A DNA stretch of 32,134 nt from Octopus bimaculoides (lineage: Eukaryota), in NCBI RefSeq assembly GCF_001194135.2, contig NC_069005.1, positions 27,539,518 to 27,571,651 on the forward strand, in the 5' to 3' direction. Under the pieces are notes generated by a model, which saw only the letters and a program-made list of their open reading frames with translations, did not search any database and had not been told where the DNA came from. Shown here one piece after another: positions 20,276-30,990 of this stretch (within the stretch, counting starts at the first letter, position 1; each line of letters opens with the position of its first letter). The position numbers were made by a program, and so were the translations under genes.

Positions 20276-20302
<27 letters not shown>

Positions 20303-20488
20303 NNNNNNNNNNNNNNNNNNNNNNNNNNNNNNNNNNNNNNNNNNNNNNNNNNNNNNNNNNNNNNNNNNNNNNNNNNNNNNNNNNNNNNNNNNNNNNNNNN
20401 NNNNNNNNNNNNNNNNNNNNNNNNNNNNNNNNNNNNNNNNNNNNNNNNNNNNNNNNNNNNNNNNNNNNNNNNNNNNNNNNNNNNNNNN

Positions 20489-20528
<40 letters not shown>

Positions 20529-20551
20529 TATATACATGTATGTGTATATAT

Positions 20552-20800
20552 CATCATCAACATGTAACATCCGTTTTCCATGCTGGCATGGGTTGGATGG
20601 TTTGAAAGGAACTGGCCGTACCAGGTTCCATTGTCGGTTTTGGCTTGTTTCTACAGCTGGATGCCCTTCCTAATGCCAACTAGTTTTTCATGTGCATACT
20701 GGGTGCTTTTCACGTGGCACAATCACCAGTGCTTTTTACATGACACAATCACCAGTGCTTTTTACGTGGCACAATCACCAGTGCTTTTTATGTGACACCA
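20552..20800 (-). mobile_element. SINE family D, tail-to-tail with the previous copy
   Basis: Reverse complement of the tail and body. Includes a 26-bp tandem repeat x3.7 at 20703-20798. Confidence 0.75.
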
Positions 20801-21045
20801 GTACCATTGCTTTTTGTGTGGCACCTTGGTTTTAGGATCTCAATTCTGTTGTGGTGGGCAGGTCTTCTGAAGTACAGCAATGTGCTACATATCTCAGTCA
20901 TCTGTCACAGTCGTAAAGCTCAGCGTTTTGAGATCAATTTTCAATATTTTGTCCCATGTCTTTCTGGGTCTCCCTCTTCCACAACTTCCTTCCACTTTAC
21001 TTGTTTGAGTCATATGACTGCAGCCATGCTGGAGCACTGCCATAT

Positions 21046-21403
21046 AGGAGTGGCTATGTGGTAAATAGCTTGCTTACCAACCACATGGTTCCAGGTTCAG
21101 TCCCACTGCGTGGCACCTTGGGAAAGTGTCTTCTACTATATATAGTCTCAGGTCGACCAAAGCCTTTTGAGTGGATTTGGTATAAGGAAACTGAAAGAAG
21201 CCCATCATATATATATGTATATGTTTGTGTGTTTGTATTTGTCCCCCCACCATTGCTTGACAACCGATGTTGGTGTGTTTACGTCCCTGTAATTTAGCAG
21301 TTCAGCAAAACAGACCGATGGAATAAGTACTAGGATTATAAAGAATAAGACCTGGGATCGATTTGTTTGACTAAAGGTGGTGCTCCAGCATGGCCGCAGT
21401 CAA
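21046..21403 (+). mobile_element. SINE family A, near complete
   Basis: Head with A/B boxes through ctccagcatggccgcagtc. Confidence 0.88.
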
Positions 21404-21562
21404 GTTATCATTAAGCTAGTGTTAGGAACATAAATTATGACCAAGGTTTGGTGGAAGATTTTAATTCAAAACTTTTGAAAACAAGACATTTGTACTACTG
21501 AACCAGAGCTGGGTTCAGCTGAATTGGTATCAAAAGGGTTAGAAATATCATGGTGACATTAA

Positions 21563-21762
21563 CCCTTTTGTTACTGTACTTCTGTTGAGATGCTCTATGT
21601 TTCTTTCAATTAATTTGAAATACAACAAAGAATTTATTAAATAAAATAGTTATCATTAAGCTGGTGTTAGGAACATATATTGTGAGTAAAGTTCAAACTT
21701 ATGAAAACAAGAATTTGTACTCAGAGCCAGAGGCAGTTTCATGTGGGTTGGCATCAAAAGGG
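21563..21762. mobile_element. piggyBac-type MITE (200 bp), with two partial sister copies
   Basis: TTAA|CCCTTTTG ... CAAAAGGG|TTAA (TTAA at 21559-21562 and 21763-21766). Right-end partial copies at about 21405-21541 and 21768-21934. Confidence 0.65.
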
Positions 21763-22808
21763 TTAACTATAACAAAGAATTTTGTAAAATAACTTAGTTA
21801 TTATTAAGCTAGTGTTAGGAACATAAATTCTGACTAAGGTTTAGTGGAAGATTTTAATTCAAAACTTATGAAAACAAGACATCTGTACTTCAGAACCAGA
21901 ACCGGTTTCAACCAGGTTGGTAATGAAAAGGTTTAATTCTTGTTTGAATACACACAACTGCATGATGGGCAGTGCATGTATGTTCCATTCTGGGTATAGT
22001 TTCTATTGTTGAACGCCTTTCCTAACTCTGATCTTTTTTTCACAAAGAGTTCAGAGTACAGTGTATTGTAACCACCAGCTTTAGTGAAGTTTTGCCTTCT
22101 GCATTTTCAATACTAACCAGTTTTCCATTCCACTCTTTCCTTTGTTCAGTACATTTCTATGAATCTGGGTTTTTTTGCTATTACTTCATGAATAAACATG
22201 GATTTATAAATATACCTTCCTTCTCCAAACGAATTTTGTTGGTTTCTTTTTTCTTTCTGTCCTTACCTTACCTTACCTGCCTTTCCTTCACCCTCCTGTT
22301 TCCTCTTTCCCCCACCTCTCACGTTCACTCTAAATATAAATATATATGTGCATANNNNNNNNNNNNNNNNNNNNNNNNNNNNNNNNNNNNNNNNNNNNNN
22401 NNNNNNNNNNNNNNNNNNNNNNNNNNNNNNNNNNNNNNNNNNNNNNNNNNNNNNNNNNNNNNNNNNNNNNNNNNNNNNNNNNNNNNNNNNNNNNNNNNNN
22501 NNNNNNNNNNNNNNNNNNNNNNNNNNNNNNNNNNNNNNNNNNNNNNNNNNNNNNNNNNNNNNNNNNNNNNNNNNNNNNNNNNNNNNNNNNNNNNNNNNNN
22601 NNNNNNNNNNNNNNNNNNNNNNNNNNNNNNNNNNNNNNNNNNNNNNNNNNNNNNNNNNNNNNNNNNNNNNNNNNNNNNNNNNNNNNNNNNNNNNNNNNNN
22701 NNNNNNNNNNNNNNNNNNNNNNNNNNNNNNNNNNNNNNNNNNNNNNNNNNNNNNNNNNNNNNNNNNNNNNNNNNNNNNNNNNNNNNNNNNNNNNNNNNNN
22801 NNNNNNNN

Positions 22809-22903
<95 letters not shown>

Positions 22904-23107
22904 ATATATAGTGTTTTAAGAGAGTATTCACTAATTAGCTATGTTAATTGTATTCATTAATTAGCTAAGGTCATTACATTCATACACATTGTGACACACA
23001 TACAGAAAATATTACACAAACACAAACTGATTATGCAGTAGCCATATAAAAATATTGTGACGGAACTCTTCACCTTGTGTGTGAGTATGTGTACATGTGT
23101 GTGTGTG

Positions 23108-23533
23108 TGTATTAGTTAGAATAGAGGCAGCTGACGAAGGATTAATTCCAAGTGGCTATCTGTTTTCCTATGTGTTCATTCTGTTGTCTGTAGTTCATTG
23201 TTCTAACGTCCTGTACCCTGATATGCATCTATATACACATGTAGATGTAAGTATGTACATATATGTGTGTATACATGTATATATATTCTTTGTATTATAT
23301 ATATATATATATATATATAGGGAAAAGAACCAAGGTTCATGAACTCATCGATGAAAATCCACTGTCACATATAGAAAAATTAATAATTAAAAAGCACAAT
23401 AAATGAGTATAATATAATACAAAGTAAATATCATAAGATAATGATAATAAAACGACTACACGTTTGAATTTAATTGAGTTTTTACCTGTAAATTTGGATT
23501 TTTATCCCTAATATTATTATATGTATATATATG

Positions 23534-23565
<32 letters not shown>

Positions 23566-23587
23566 TGCACACATATTTATGAAAAGA
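23108..23587. repeat. 480-bp block repeated identically across a gap (copy 1)
   Basis: Same sequence as 24132-24611. Probably an assembly overlap artefact. Confidence 0.9.
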
Positions 23588-24131
23588 NNNNNNNNNNNNN
23601 NNNNNNNNNNNNNNNNNNNNNNNNNNNNNNNNNNNNNNNNNNNNNNNNNNNNNNNNNNNNNNNNNNNNNNNNNNNNNNNNNNNNNNNNNNNNNNNNNNNN
23701 NNNNNNNNNNNNNNNNNNNNNNNNNNNNNNNNNNNNNNNNNNNNNNNNNNNNNNNNNNNNNNNNNNNNNNNNNNNNNNNNNNNNNNNNNNNNNNNNNNNN
23801 NNNNNNNNNNNNNNNNNNNNNNNNNNNNNNNNNNNNNNNNNNNNNNNNNNNNNNNNNNNNNNNNNNNNNNNNNNNNNNNNNNNNNNNNNNNNNNNNNNNN
23901 NNNNNNNNNNNNNNNNNNNNNNNNNNNNNNNNNNNNNNNNNNNNNNNNNNNNNNNNNNNNNNNNNNNNNNNNNNNNNNNNNNNNNNNNNNNNNNNNNNNN
24001 NNNNNNNNNNNNNNNNNNNNNNNNNNNNNNNNNNNNNNNNNNNNNNNNNNNNNNNNNNNNNNNNNNNNNNNNNNNNNNNNNNNNNNNNNNNNNNNNNNNN
24101 NNNNNNNNNNNNNNNNNNNNNNNNNNNNNNN

Positions 24132-24557
24132 TGTATTAGTTAGAATAGAGGCAGCTGACGAAGGATTAATTCCAAGTGGCTATCTGTTTTCCTATGTGTT
24201 CATTCTGTTGTCTGTAGTTCATTGTTCTAACGTCCTGTACCCTGATATGCATCTATATACACATGTAGATGTAAGTATGTACATATATGTGTGTATACAT
24301 GTATATATATTCTTTGTATTATATATATATATATATATATATAGGGAAAAGAACCAAGGTTCATGAACTCATCGATGAAAATCCACTGTCACATATAGAA
24401 AAATTAATAATTAAAAAGCACAATAAATGAGTATAATATAATACAAAGTAAATATCATAAGATAATGATAATAAAACGACTACACGTTTGAATTTAATTG
24501 AGTTTTTACCTGTAAATTTGGATTTTTATCCCTAATATTATTATATGTATATATATG

Positions 24558-24589
<32 letters not shown>

Positions 24590-24611
24590 TGCACACATAT
24601 TTATGAAAAGA
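24132..24611. repeat. 480-bp block (copy 2)
   Basis: Starts immediately after the N-run and is identical to copy 1 by eye. Confidence 0.9.
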
Positions 24612-24831
24612 TGTGTGTGCATGTATGTATATATACACATATATAGACATTCACACATGGTTACATACACTCCAATACATACTAAAAGGTTTGGTTAAGC
24701 CCTCCGCTCCGTCTAAATTTATGTCAAATTCCACAGTATACAACTACTGATGACCTTGGCACATATATGAATAGAACCACAGTGTGTGTGTATGTATGTA
24801 TGCATATATATATATATATATATATATATAG

Positions 24832-24936
24832 ACTGGAGCCTGGTGTTGCCATCCGGTTTCACCAGTCCTCAGTCAAATCGTCCAACCCACGCCAGCATGG
24901 AAAGCGGACGTTAAACGATGATGATGATGATGATGA
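24832..24936 (+). mobile_element. SINE family D, 3' end
   Basis: ttggagcctggtg-type body and (gat)n tail. Confidence 0.85.
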
Positions 24937-25794
24937 TATATATATATTCTTACAGATATAGGGTAAAAATTAATAATTAATTAGTAATTTTATCAAGTAG
25001 TCCGGTGTGTTAAAAAACCATTATCGGTAAACTTATATAAGCATAATTAAAATTACGGCCCAGCAAGAATTGCTTCACCACACACCGAAAATTAGAAATA
25101 GCAGTCAAAACTACTATTTCAATATCAAAATATAACTCCCAGAACAACAATACTCACAATAGTCTGAGCTGCTATATATNNNNNNNNNNNNNNNNNNNNN
25201 NNNNNNNNNNNNNNNNNNNNNNNNNNNNNNNNNNNNNNNNNNNNNNNNNNNNNNNNNNNNNNNNNNNNNNNNNNNNNNNNNNNNNNNNNNNNNNNNNNNN
25301 NNNNNNNNNNNNNNNNNNNNNNNNNNNNNNNNNNNNNNNNNNNNNNNNNNNNNNNNNNNNNNNNNNNNNNNNNNNNNNNNNNNNNNNNNNNNNNNNNNNN
25401 NNNNNNNNNNNNNNNNNNNNNNNNNNNNNNNNNNNNNNNNNNNNNNNNNNNNNNNNNNNNNNNNNNNNNNNNNNNNNNNNNNNNNNNNNNNNNNNNNNNN
25501 NNNNNNNNNNNNNNNNNNNNNNNNNNNNNNNNNNNNNNNNNNNNNNNNNNNNNNNNNNNNNNNNNNNNNNNNNNNNNNNNNNNNNNNNNNNNNNNNNNNN
25601 NNNNNNNNNNNNNNNNNNNNNNNNNNNNNNNNNNNNNNNNNNNNNNNNNNNNNNNNNNNNNNNNNNNNNNNNNNNNNNNNNNNNNNNNNNNNNNNNNNNN
25701 NNNNNNNNNNNNNNNNNNNNNNNNNNNNNNNNNNNNNNNNNNNNNNNNNNNNNNNNNNNNNNNNNNNNNNNNNNNNNNNNNNNNNNNNNNNNNN

Positions 25795-25859
<65 letters not shown>

Positions 25860-25994
25860 GATATATATACATACACACAAATACACATGTGAGAATATTT
25901 AGGCCAGATATGGTCAGTTTGAATGTTAAAGGGTTAAAATGATGTTAATATATGTACACATATACACAACACATACTTATAATTCTCTTTGCAG

Positions 25995-26099
25995 GTCAGC
26001 TGACCAGTGCATCACATGACAACTGATTTCTATGAGCATCTGATTACCAGAAGCAATGTGTTTGGAGAAAGAATATACTGTATACATATAGTTATCACA
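25995..26099 (+). other. Candidate 105-nt 5'-UTR exon of TMCO4
   Basis: Acceptor aattctctttgcAG, donor ACA|GTATGT. Stops in all three frames. Confidence 0.4.
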
Positions 26100-26234
26100 G
26101 TATGTAATTCTTTGAATTGCCCTTTTAATATTAACTGTACTTAAATATGATTGTGTGAGTATGAAACAACATATCTTTATTTTGACTGATCATAGCAAGC
26201 TAATTTTATCCGGTTTTGGTCTTCCATACATAGT

Positions 26235-26278
<44 letters not shown>

Positions 26279-26280
<2 letters not shown>

Positions 26281-26440
26281 GTGTGACTGTGTGATAAGAA
26301 GCTTGCTAACCAACCACATGGTTTGGGGTTCAGTCCCACTTCGTGGCACCTTGGGCAAGTGTCTTCTATGACCTCAGGCTGTCCAAAGCCTTGTGAGTGG
26401 ATTTGATAGAGGGGAAACTGAAAGAAGCCCGTTGTATGTA
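26279..26440 (+). mobile_element. SINE family A, 5' half
   Basis: B-box ggttcagtccc and ccttgggcaagtgtctt body. Confidence 0.82.
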
Positions 26441-26604
26441 TGTAGTCCTAGATATCATGTCATCACGAGATATGTTGTTACACAACTCAAAATATAAAGA
26501 AATACACGAAGCATTTTCCTGGTGCAATAATAATTGTGCCAATAATTGTTACTGCACCTTTGTTAATAATAATAATAACAATAATAATAATAATAATAAT
26601 AATC

Positions 26605-26804
26605 TTTTCTACTATAGGCACAAGACCTGAAATTGGGGGGAGGTGGGCTAGTTGATTATATCAACCCCATTGCACAAAACTGGTGCTTACTTTATCAACT
26701 CTGTGAAAAAGTTGACCTTGGCGGGATTTGAACTCAGAACATCAAGGCTGATGAAATGCTGCCAAGCGTTTTGTCAGGTGTGCTAACGATTCTGTCAGCT
26801 CACC
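26605..26804 (-). mobile_element. SINE family B monomer, degraded
   Basis: ggatttgaactcagaac and gtgctaacgattctgtcagctcacct in reverse orientation. Confidence 0.75.
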
Positions 26805-26856
26805 TGTTGTTTTTTTTCGTTTAATAACAATGTTTATTGGTTTTCTTTTTCACCAG

Positions 26857-27703
26857 GTGCCATTGGTTACGTTAAAGTTCTGACATCCGAGGTGTGGGCT
26901 TCGAACAAGAAACCTTCAACAGGGATGGCCAGCTGTACAGAGGCCAGTCCTACTGAGGCCAATTCTACTGAGACCACTTCTACTGAAGCCAGTTCTACTG
27001 AAGCCAGTTCTACTGAGGCCAGTTCTACTGAGGCCAGTTCTACTGAGGCCAGTTCTACTGAGGCCAGTTCTACTGAGGCCATTTCTACTGAGGCCACTTC
27101 TACTGAAGCCAGTTCTACTGAGGCCAGTTCTACTGAGGCCAGTTCTACTGAGGTCACTTCTACTAAGGCCAGTTCTACTGAGGTCACTTCTACTGAGGTC
27201 ACTTCTATTAAGGCCAGTTCTACTGAGGTCACTTCTACTAAGGCCAGTTCTACTGAGGTCACTTCTACTGAGGCCAGTTCTACTGAAGTCACTTCTACTG
27301 AGGCTAGTTCTACTGAGGTCACTTCTACTGAGGTCACTTCTACTAAGGCCAGTTCTACTGAGGTCACTTCTACTAAGGCCAGTTCTACTGAGGCCAGTTC
27401 GACTAAGGTCACTTCTACTGAGGCCAGTTCTACTGAGGTCACTTCTACTGAGACCAATTCTACTGAGGTCACTTCTACTAAGGCCAGTTCTACTGAGGTC
27501 ACTTCTACTGAGGCCAGTTTGACTGAGGTCACTTCTACTGAGACCAGTTCGACTGAGGATGTGCCCAAGGCAGACACTGGAGAAGATCTGAAGGCTAAAC
27601 CACTCACATCTACTCTCAAACAGATGACCGATGCCGGACAGTTCTCCTACTCCAGTATTTGCGCTCTGGCACTGAAGGTACTCTTTGATGACAGATGGCA
27701 TCA
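26857..27703 (+). CDS. TMCO4: TMCO4-like protein, first major coding exon (probable ATG 26925): S/T/E repeat tract, then LKQMTDAGQFSYSSICALALKVLFDDRWH
   Basis: Acceptor ttttctttttcaccAG, donor CA|GTAAGT, open frame. The 3' end aligns without gaps to the human TMCO4 stretch I recall (ELTEANRFAYAALCGISLSQLFPEPEH). Confidence 0.85.
26928..27557 (+). repeat. Coding minisatellite, 42 x 15 nt (gccagttctactgag / gtcacttctactgag)
   Basis: Counted from the ORF translation: 210 aa = 42 pentapeptides, no indels. Confidence 0.95.
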
Positions 27704-27820
27704 GTAAGTAGACATTGGGACGTGTATTTATATCTATATGCCTGTGGTCCATGTGTATATGTGTGCTTAGCTGTGTGTGTGTGTGTGTGTCTGTCCACAT
27801 TTATGTAAATGTGTGTATGT

Positions 27821-27975
27821 ATGAGGAAGTGCTGAAAAATGAATGTATTGCTAAAGTCCTGGCTGGAGGCCCAGCCTTCCAAGTTCTTTTACGGGGCTTA
27901 GAAAAACTGGAGGACTGCTGCAATAAGTGTGTGAATCTGAGAGGGGAATATGTTGAATAAAATCACACTGAACTG
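27821..27975 (+). mobile_element. Mariner-derived non-autonomous fragment
   Basis: Encodes RGLEKLEDCCNKCVNLRGEYVE*, like the mariner transposase C-terminus. A related 5' piece lies at 28058-28150. Confidence 0.65.
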
Positions 27976-28026
27976 ATCCTCCTGTATTTTCTTTTACCCA
28001 AAGCCAGGAACTTCTCAGCATCCCTT

Positions 28027-28062
<36 letters not shown>

Positions 28063-28232
28063 GGTGCTGAAAAGTTTCTGGGTTTAAGGGTATTGCGAAA
28101 GGCTTGGTTGGAGGCCCAACCTTCTGAGTTCTGTAAAAAAAAAACTTGGGAGATAAGACGATAACACTTGAATTTGTTTCATTATGTTAAAGATTTCAAT
28201 TATTATTATTATTATTTTTATTATTATTTTAG

Positions 28233-28290
28233 GTCATATAAAAATGATGCATTGACGAAAATCTTCAATTATTTTGATCAACCTAAACAG
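28233..28290 (+). CDS. TMCO4: TMCO4-like exon (58 nt, phase 2-0): SYKNDALTKIFNYFDQPKQ
   Basis: TAG acceptor and CAG|GTGGGT donor. Phases match both neighbours, and the length equals the corresponding stretch of recalled human TMCO4. Confidence 0.8.
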
Positions 28291-28435
28291 GTGGGTTTTT
28301 CAATTAAGCATTATATTATCTTCTTAATTACATAACACGATATTTTCTGGGTATTGCTGGCTATATTAAACATTAAATGATTATGGGGGTCCACCAGAAT
28401 TTTTTTTCTACCTTTTTCCTTTGCCCAAATTTCAG

Positions 28436-28580
28436 GTTCGTGTCAACATCAAAGCATTCTTGGAGGGTCATGGCAGCTATGAAGTTGACCCCTACATTGA
28501 AGTTTTGCTGCATGAAGAAGTCTTGAAAGAATCCCTATTACCACTGGTTGTTGAGCTTATACCGCTATTAATTAACAATG
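28436..28580 (+). CDS. TMCO4: TMCO4-like exon (145 nt, phase 0-1): VRVNIKAFLEGHGSYEVDPYIEVLLHEEVLKESLLPLVVELIPLLINN
   Basis: Strong polypyrimidine/CAG acceptor and G|GTAAAC donor. Resembles the recalled TMCO4 stretch AFASGLGGEGADVFVQILLKDPILKDD. Confidence 0.85.
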
Positions 28581-28862
28581 GTAAACTTACTCTTATGCAT
28601 CTTATTTCATGTTTCTCTTTTATTGTTTCAACATTCGTTTTTACCATTCCTGAACTGGCGGGATTACGTTGTTGTTTAGTTGTATGTTTCCTGGTCTTAC
28701 CTTGCCATTCCCCACTCCTTCTTATTTGTCAACTCCTGCTGGAAACATAGGGGCCACTTTCATGATATTTGGCATATCTGAGGCATTTTTTAAAACCAGG
28801 AAGAACCTATTCCTTTCACATGAGGTCAAGACAGTAACACACACACACACCTTTTCAAATCT

Positions 28863-29045
28863 AATCACATGATCTGGTGGTCTTGGTGCTGGGGGTGGCA
28901 GAGATTTATCTCCCTGCCAGTGATACAATCAAGAGTGCATTTTGCACCAAAAGCCAATATGAGAGATTTTCTCGTGGCATCTACCATAGTATAGTCTGTT
29001 CTAACAGAACATCCAGCTTTAAGTGGGGATAAATATTACCTCTCA
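28863..29045 (+). repeat. Repeat family G, copy
   Basis: Diverged tandem partner of 29198-29400. Confidence 0.75.
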
Positions 29046-29197
29046 GTATTAATACTGCCTCTGTTGTTAATATATATATTTTTAACAAGCTCACTGGGTT
29101 ATTTTGACACCAGCACCTGTTCTGGTACTGTTATTCTATATATCACTGTGCCTCTAGCGATCAAGTATCCATTATCGATGAGACAAAGGAAGATTGA

Positions 29198-29400
29198 AAT
29201 CACGTGATCTGGTGGTCTCAGTGCTGGAGGTGGTCTCAGTGCTGGAGGTGGTCGGGGATTTATCTCTCCACTAGTGATATAAACGAGTGCATTTTTGCAC
29301 CAAAAGCCAATATCAGAGTTTCTCCTGTGGTATCTGCTGCAGTATAGCTTGTTCTAACAGAACACCCATGTTTAACTGGGGATAAATATTATCTCTCTAT
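29198..29400 (+). repeat. Repeat family G, copy with internal 18-bp duplication
   Basis: ggtggtctcagtgctgga occurs twice. The remainder aligns with 28863-29045. Confidence 0.75.
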
Positions 29401-29469
29401 ATCAACCGGACTATCAGATGTTGTTATACACCTCTGATCACAATGCACTTTCTTGCATTGTTGTAGCTT

Positions 29470-29690
29470 TTCAACAATGCCATCCCACTGGTTGGGTGGA
29501 TGGGCCAACAGTCCTCTTGTACAGGGCCCCAGTCCACCACGGGGTTACCCATTCACAGCTCAGTAGAGCAGAGCAATGTGAAATGAAGCTCTTTGCTCAA
29601 GAACACAAAGACACTGCTGGGCTGGGAATCGAAACCACAGCCATGGGATTGTGGGTGCAACACCCTAACCTCTAGGCCACGTGCCTTTAC
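29470..29690 (-). mobile_element. tRNA-derived SINE family E, degraded
   Basis: gggaatcgaaacc (reverse B-box), caccctaacc...ggccacgtgcct head, ttgctcaagaacaca body. Confidence 0.75.
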
Positions 29691-29894
29691 ACACACACAC
29701 ACACACGGTTGATTAGTTTGCAGCGTTGCTCTGAAATCCTACCAGAAGTATAGATTAGCAGAGGATTACTCCTTCCTTCCTTCCTTTCTCCCTCCTTCCC
29801 TTTCTCCCGCCTGCCTGCCTTGCCTTGCCAACAGTATGACATGTTCGGTGTATAGGATTATAATAGGTGAGATTAGAGGAGATTAGAGGTCTTA

Positions 29895-30140
29895 GTGGTA
29901 GTAGTGAGAACGGTTGTAAATGTAAAGATGGTGGTGGTGACGCTGGTGTGGGTGGTTAGGGGGATATTTGTGGGTGGTAATGGTTGTGCACATGGTGATT
30001 GCGATGGTGGTGATGGAGGTGGTGGCTGGTTGGTTGTGGTGGTTGTAAATGTTATGATTGTGAGCATGAAGGAGATAACAATGACCACTACCACCACCAC
30101 TATTACCACCACACCACCACCACCACCACCACTGCCGCTG
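29895..30140. repeat. Degenerate (GGT)n then (ACC)n low-complexity tract
   Basis: Direct reading. It is the source of the V/G/T/P-rich ORFs. Confidence 0.85.
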
Positions 30141-30580
30141 CCGCCATCCTGTTGTCTCCACTTACTCATCCCTAAAAATTCTGCTTCAGTAATTTAGCAT
30201 TGAATCTGTCTGAAATGTAATGGAAAATAAGTCAGTTTCAAAACATTGATGTCCAGGTCAGAAAATCAAAGTTTAAAGAGAATAGTAGTGATTTCTTTTG
30301 ATTTCTAGATAGAAGCAAGCACCCCTTGAAAATTTTGAAAAATGGCTAATATTTCCTTTAAAATTTGCTTTCCTCAAGTTTGTCTCCACTTGGACAACGA
30401 AAAGCAAACTGAACTGTTGAGCTTATGACCCCTATACATATCCCTGTATTTATACTGTCATCTATGCCAGAACATTNNNNNNNNNNNNNNNNNNNNNNNN
30501 NNNNNNNNNNNNNNNNNNNNNNNNNNNNNNNNNNNNNNNNNNNNNNNNNNNNNNNNNNNNNNNNNNNNNNNNNNNNNNNN

Positions 30581-30990
30581 AACAAGACACACACTAGGCG
30601 TTCCATTCATTTCCTAGCTCAAAGGGGCGAGCCCCATTTTATGCTCAGGTCAAAGCATAGAACACAACCCCCAATATCAGCAGTGGGGCCTGACAGCATA
30701 TACTGGTTTACCCCCGCCGCATCATGCTGGTTCTGTACCCCTTTGAGCAACATCAAATTCACTCATTCATCCACAAACACTCTCCAAGCTCTCCTATCGT
30801 TTATAAACTCTCTTGCCTCTCTCACTCCAATACCTCTAACCAGCAAAGCTTTCCTCACTCCATCCATCCACACAAACCGAGGTCTGCCTCTGGTTCTGCT
30901 GCCTACCACTTCAGCCTTCATCACTCTCCTTACTATCTGCTCCTCATCCATCCTCTCCATGTGGCCAGACTGCCTCGACATTTGTTGAGT
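30581..30990 (-). mobile_element. RTE-clade LINE, ORF2 C-terminus and 3' UTR
   Basis: ORF 30763-30981: GHMERMDEEQIVRRVMKAEVVGSRTRGRPRFVWMDGV...DRRAWR, the typical RTE end motif (GHVxRM...RGRPRxxWxD...DRxxWR). Confidence 0.8.

Noticed and set aside
23126-23164. Hammerhead-like CUGACGA-A-GGA...UCC (also in the duplicate copy)
   Set aside because: The GAAA core is missing and stem I/III register fails. At most a dead relic.
26867-27800. Long antisense ORFs (SVELA- and GLSRSDLSRT-repeat peptides, 250 and 294 aa)
   Set aside because: They are shadows of the stop-free 15-nt repeat. Only the + frame has splice sites and continues into TMCO4 sequence.
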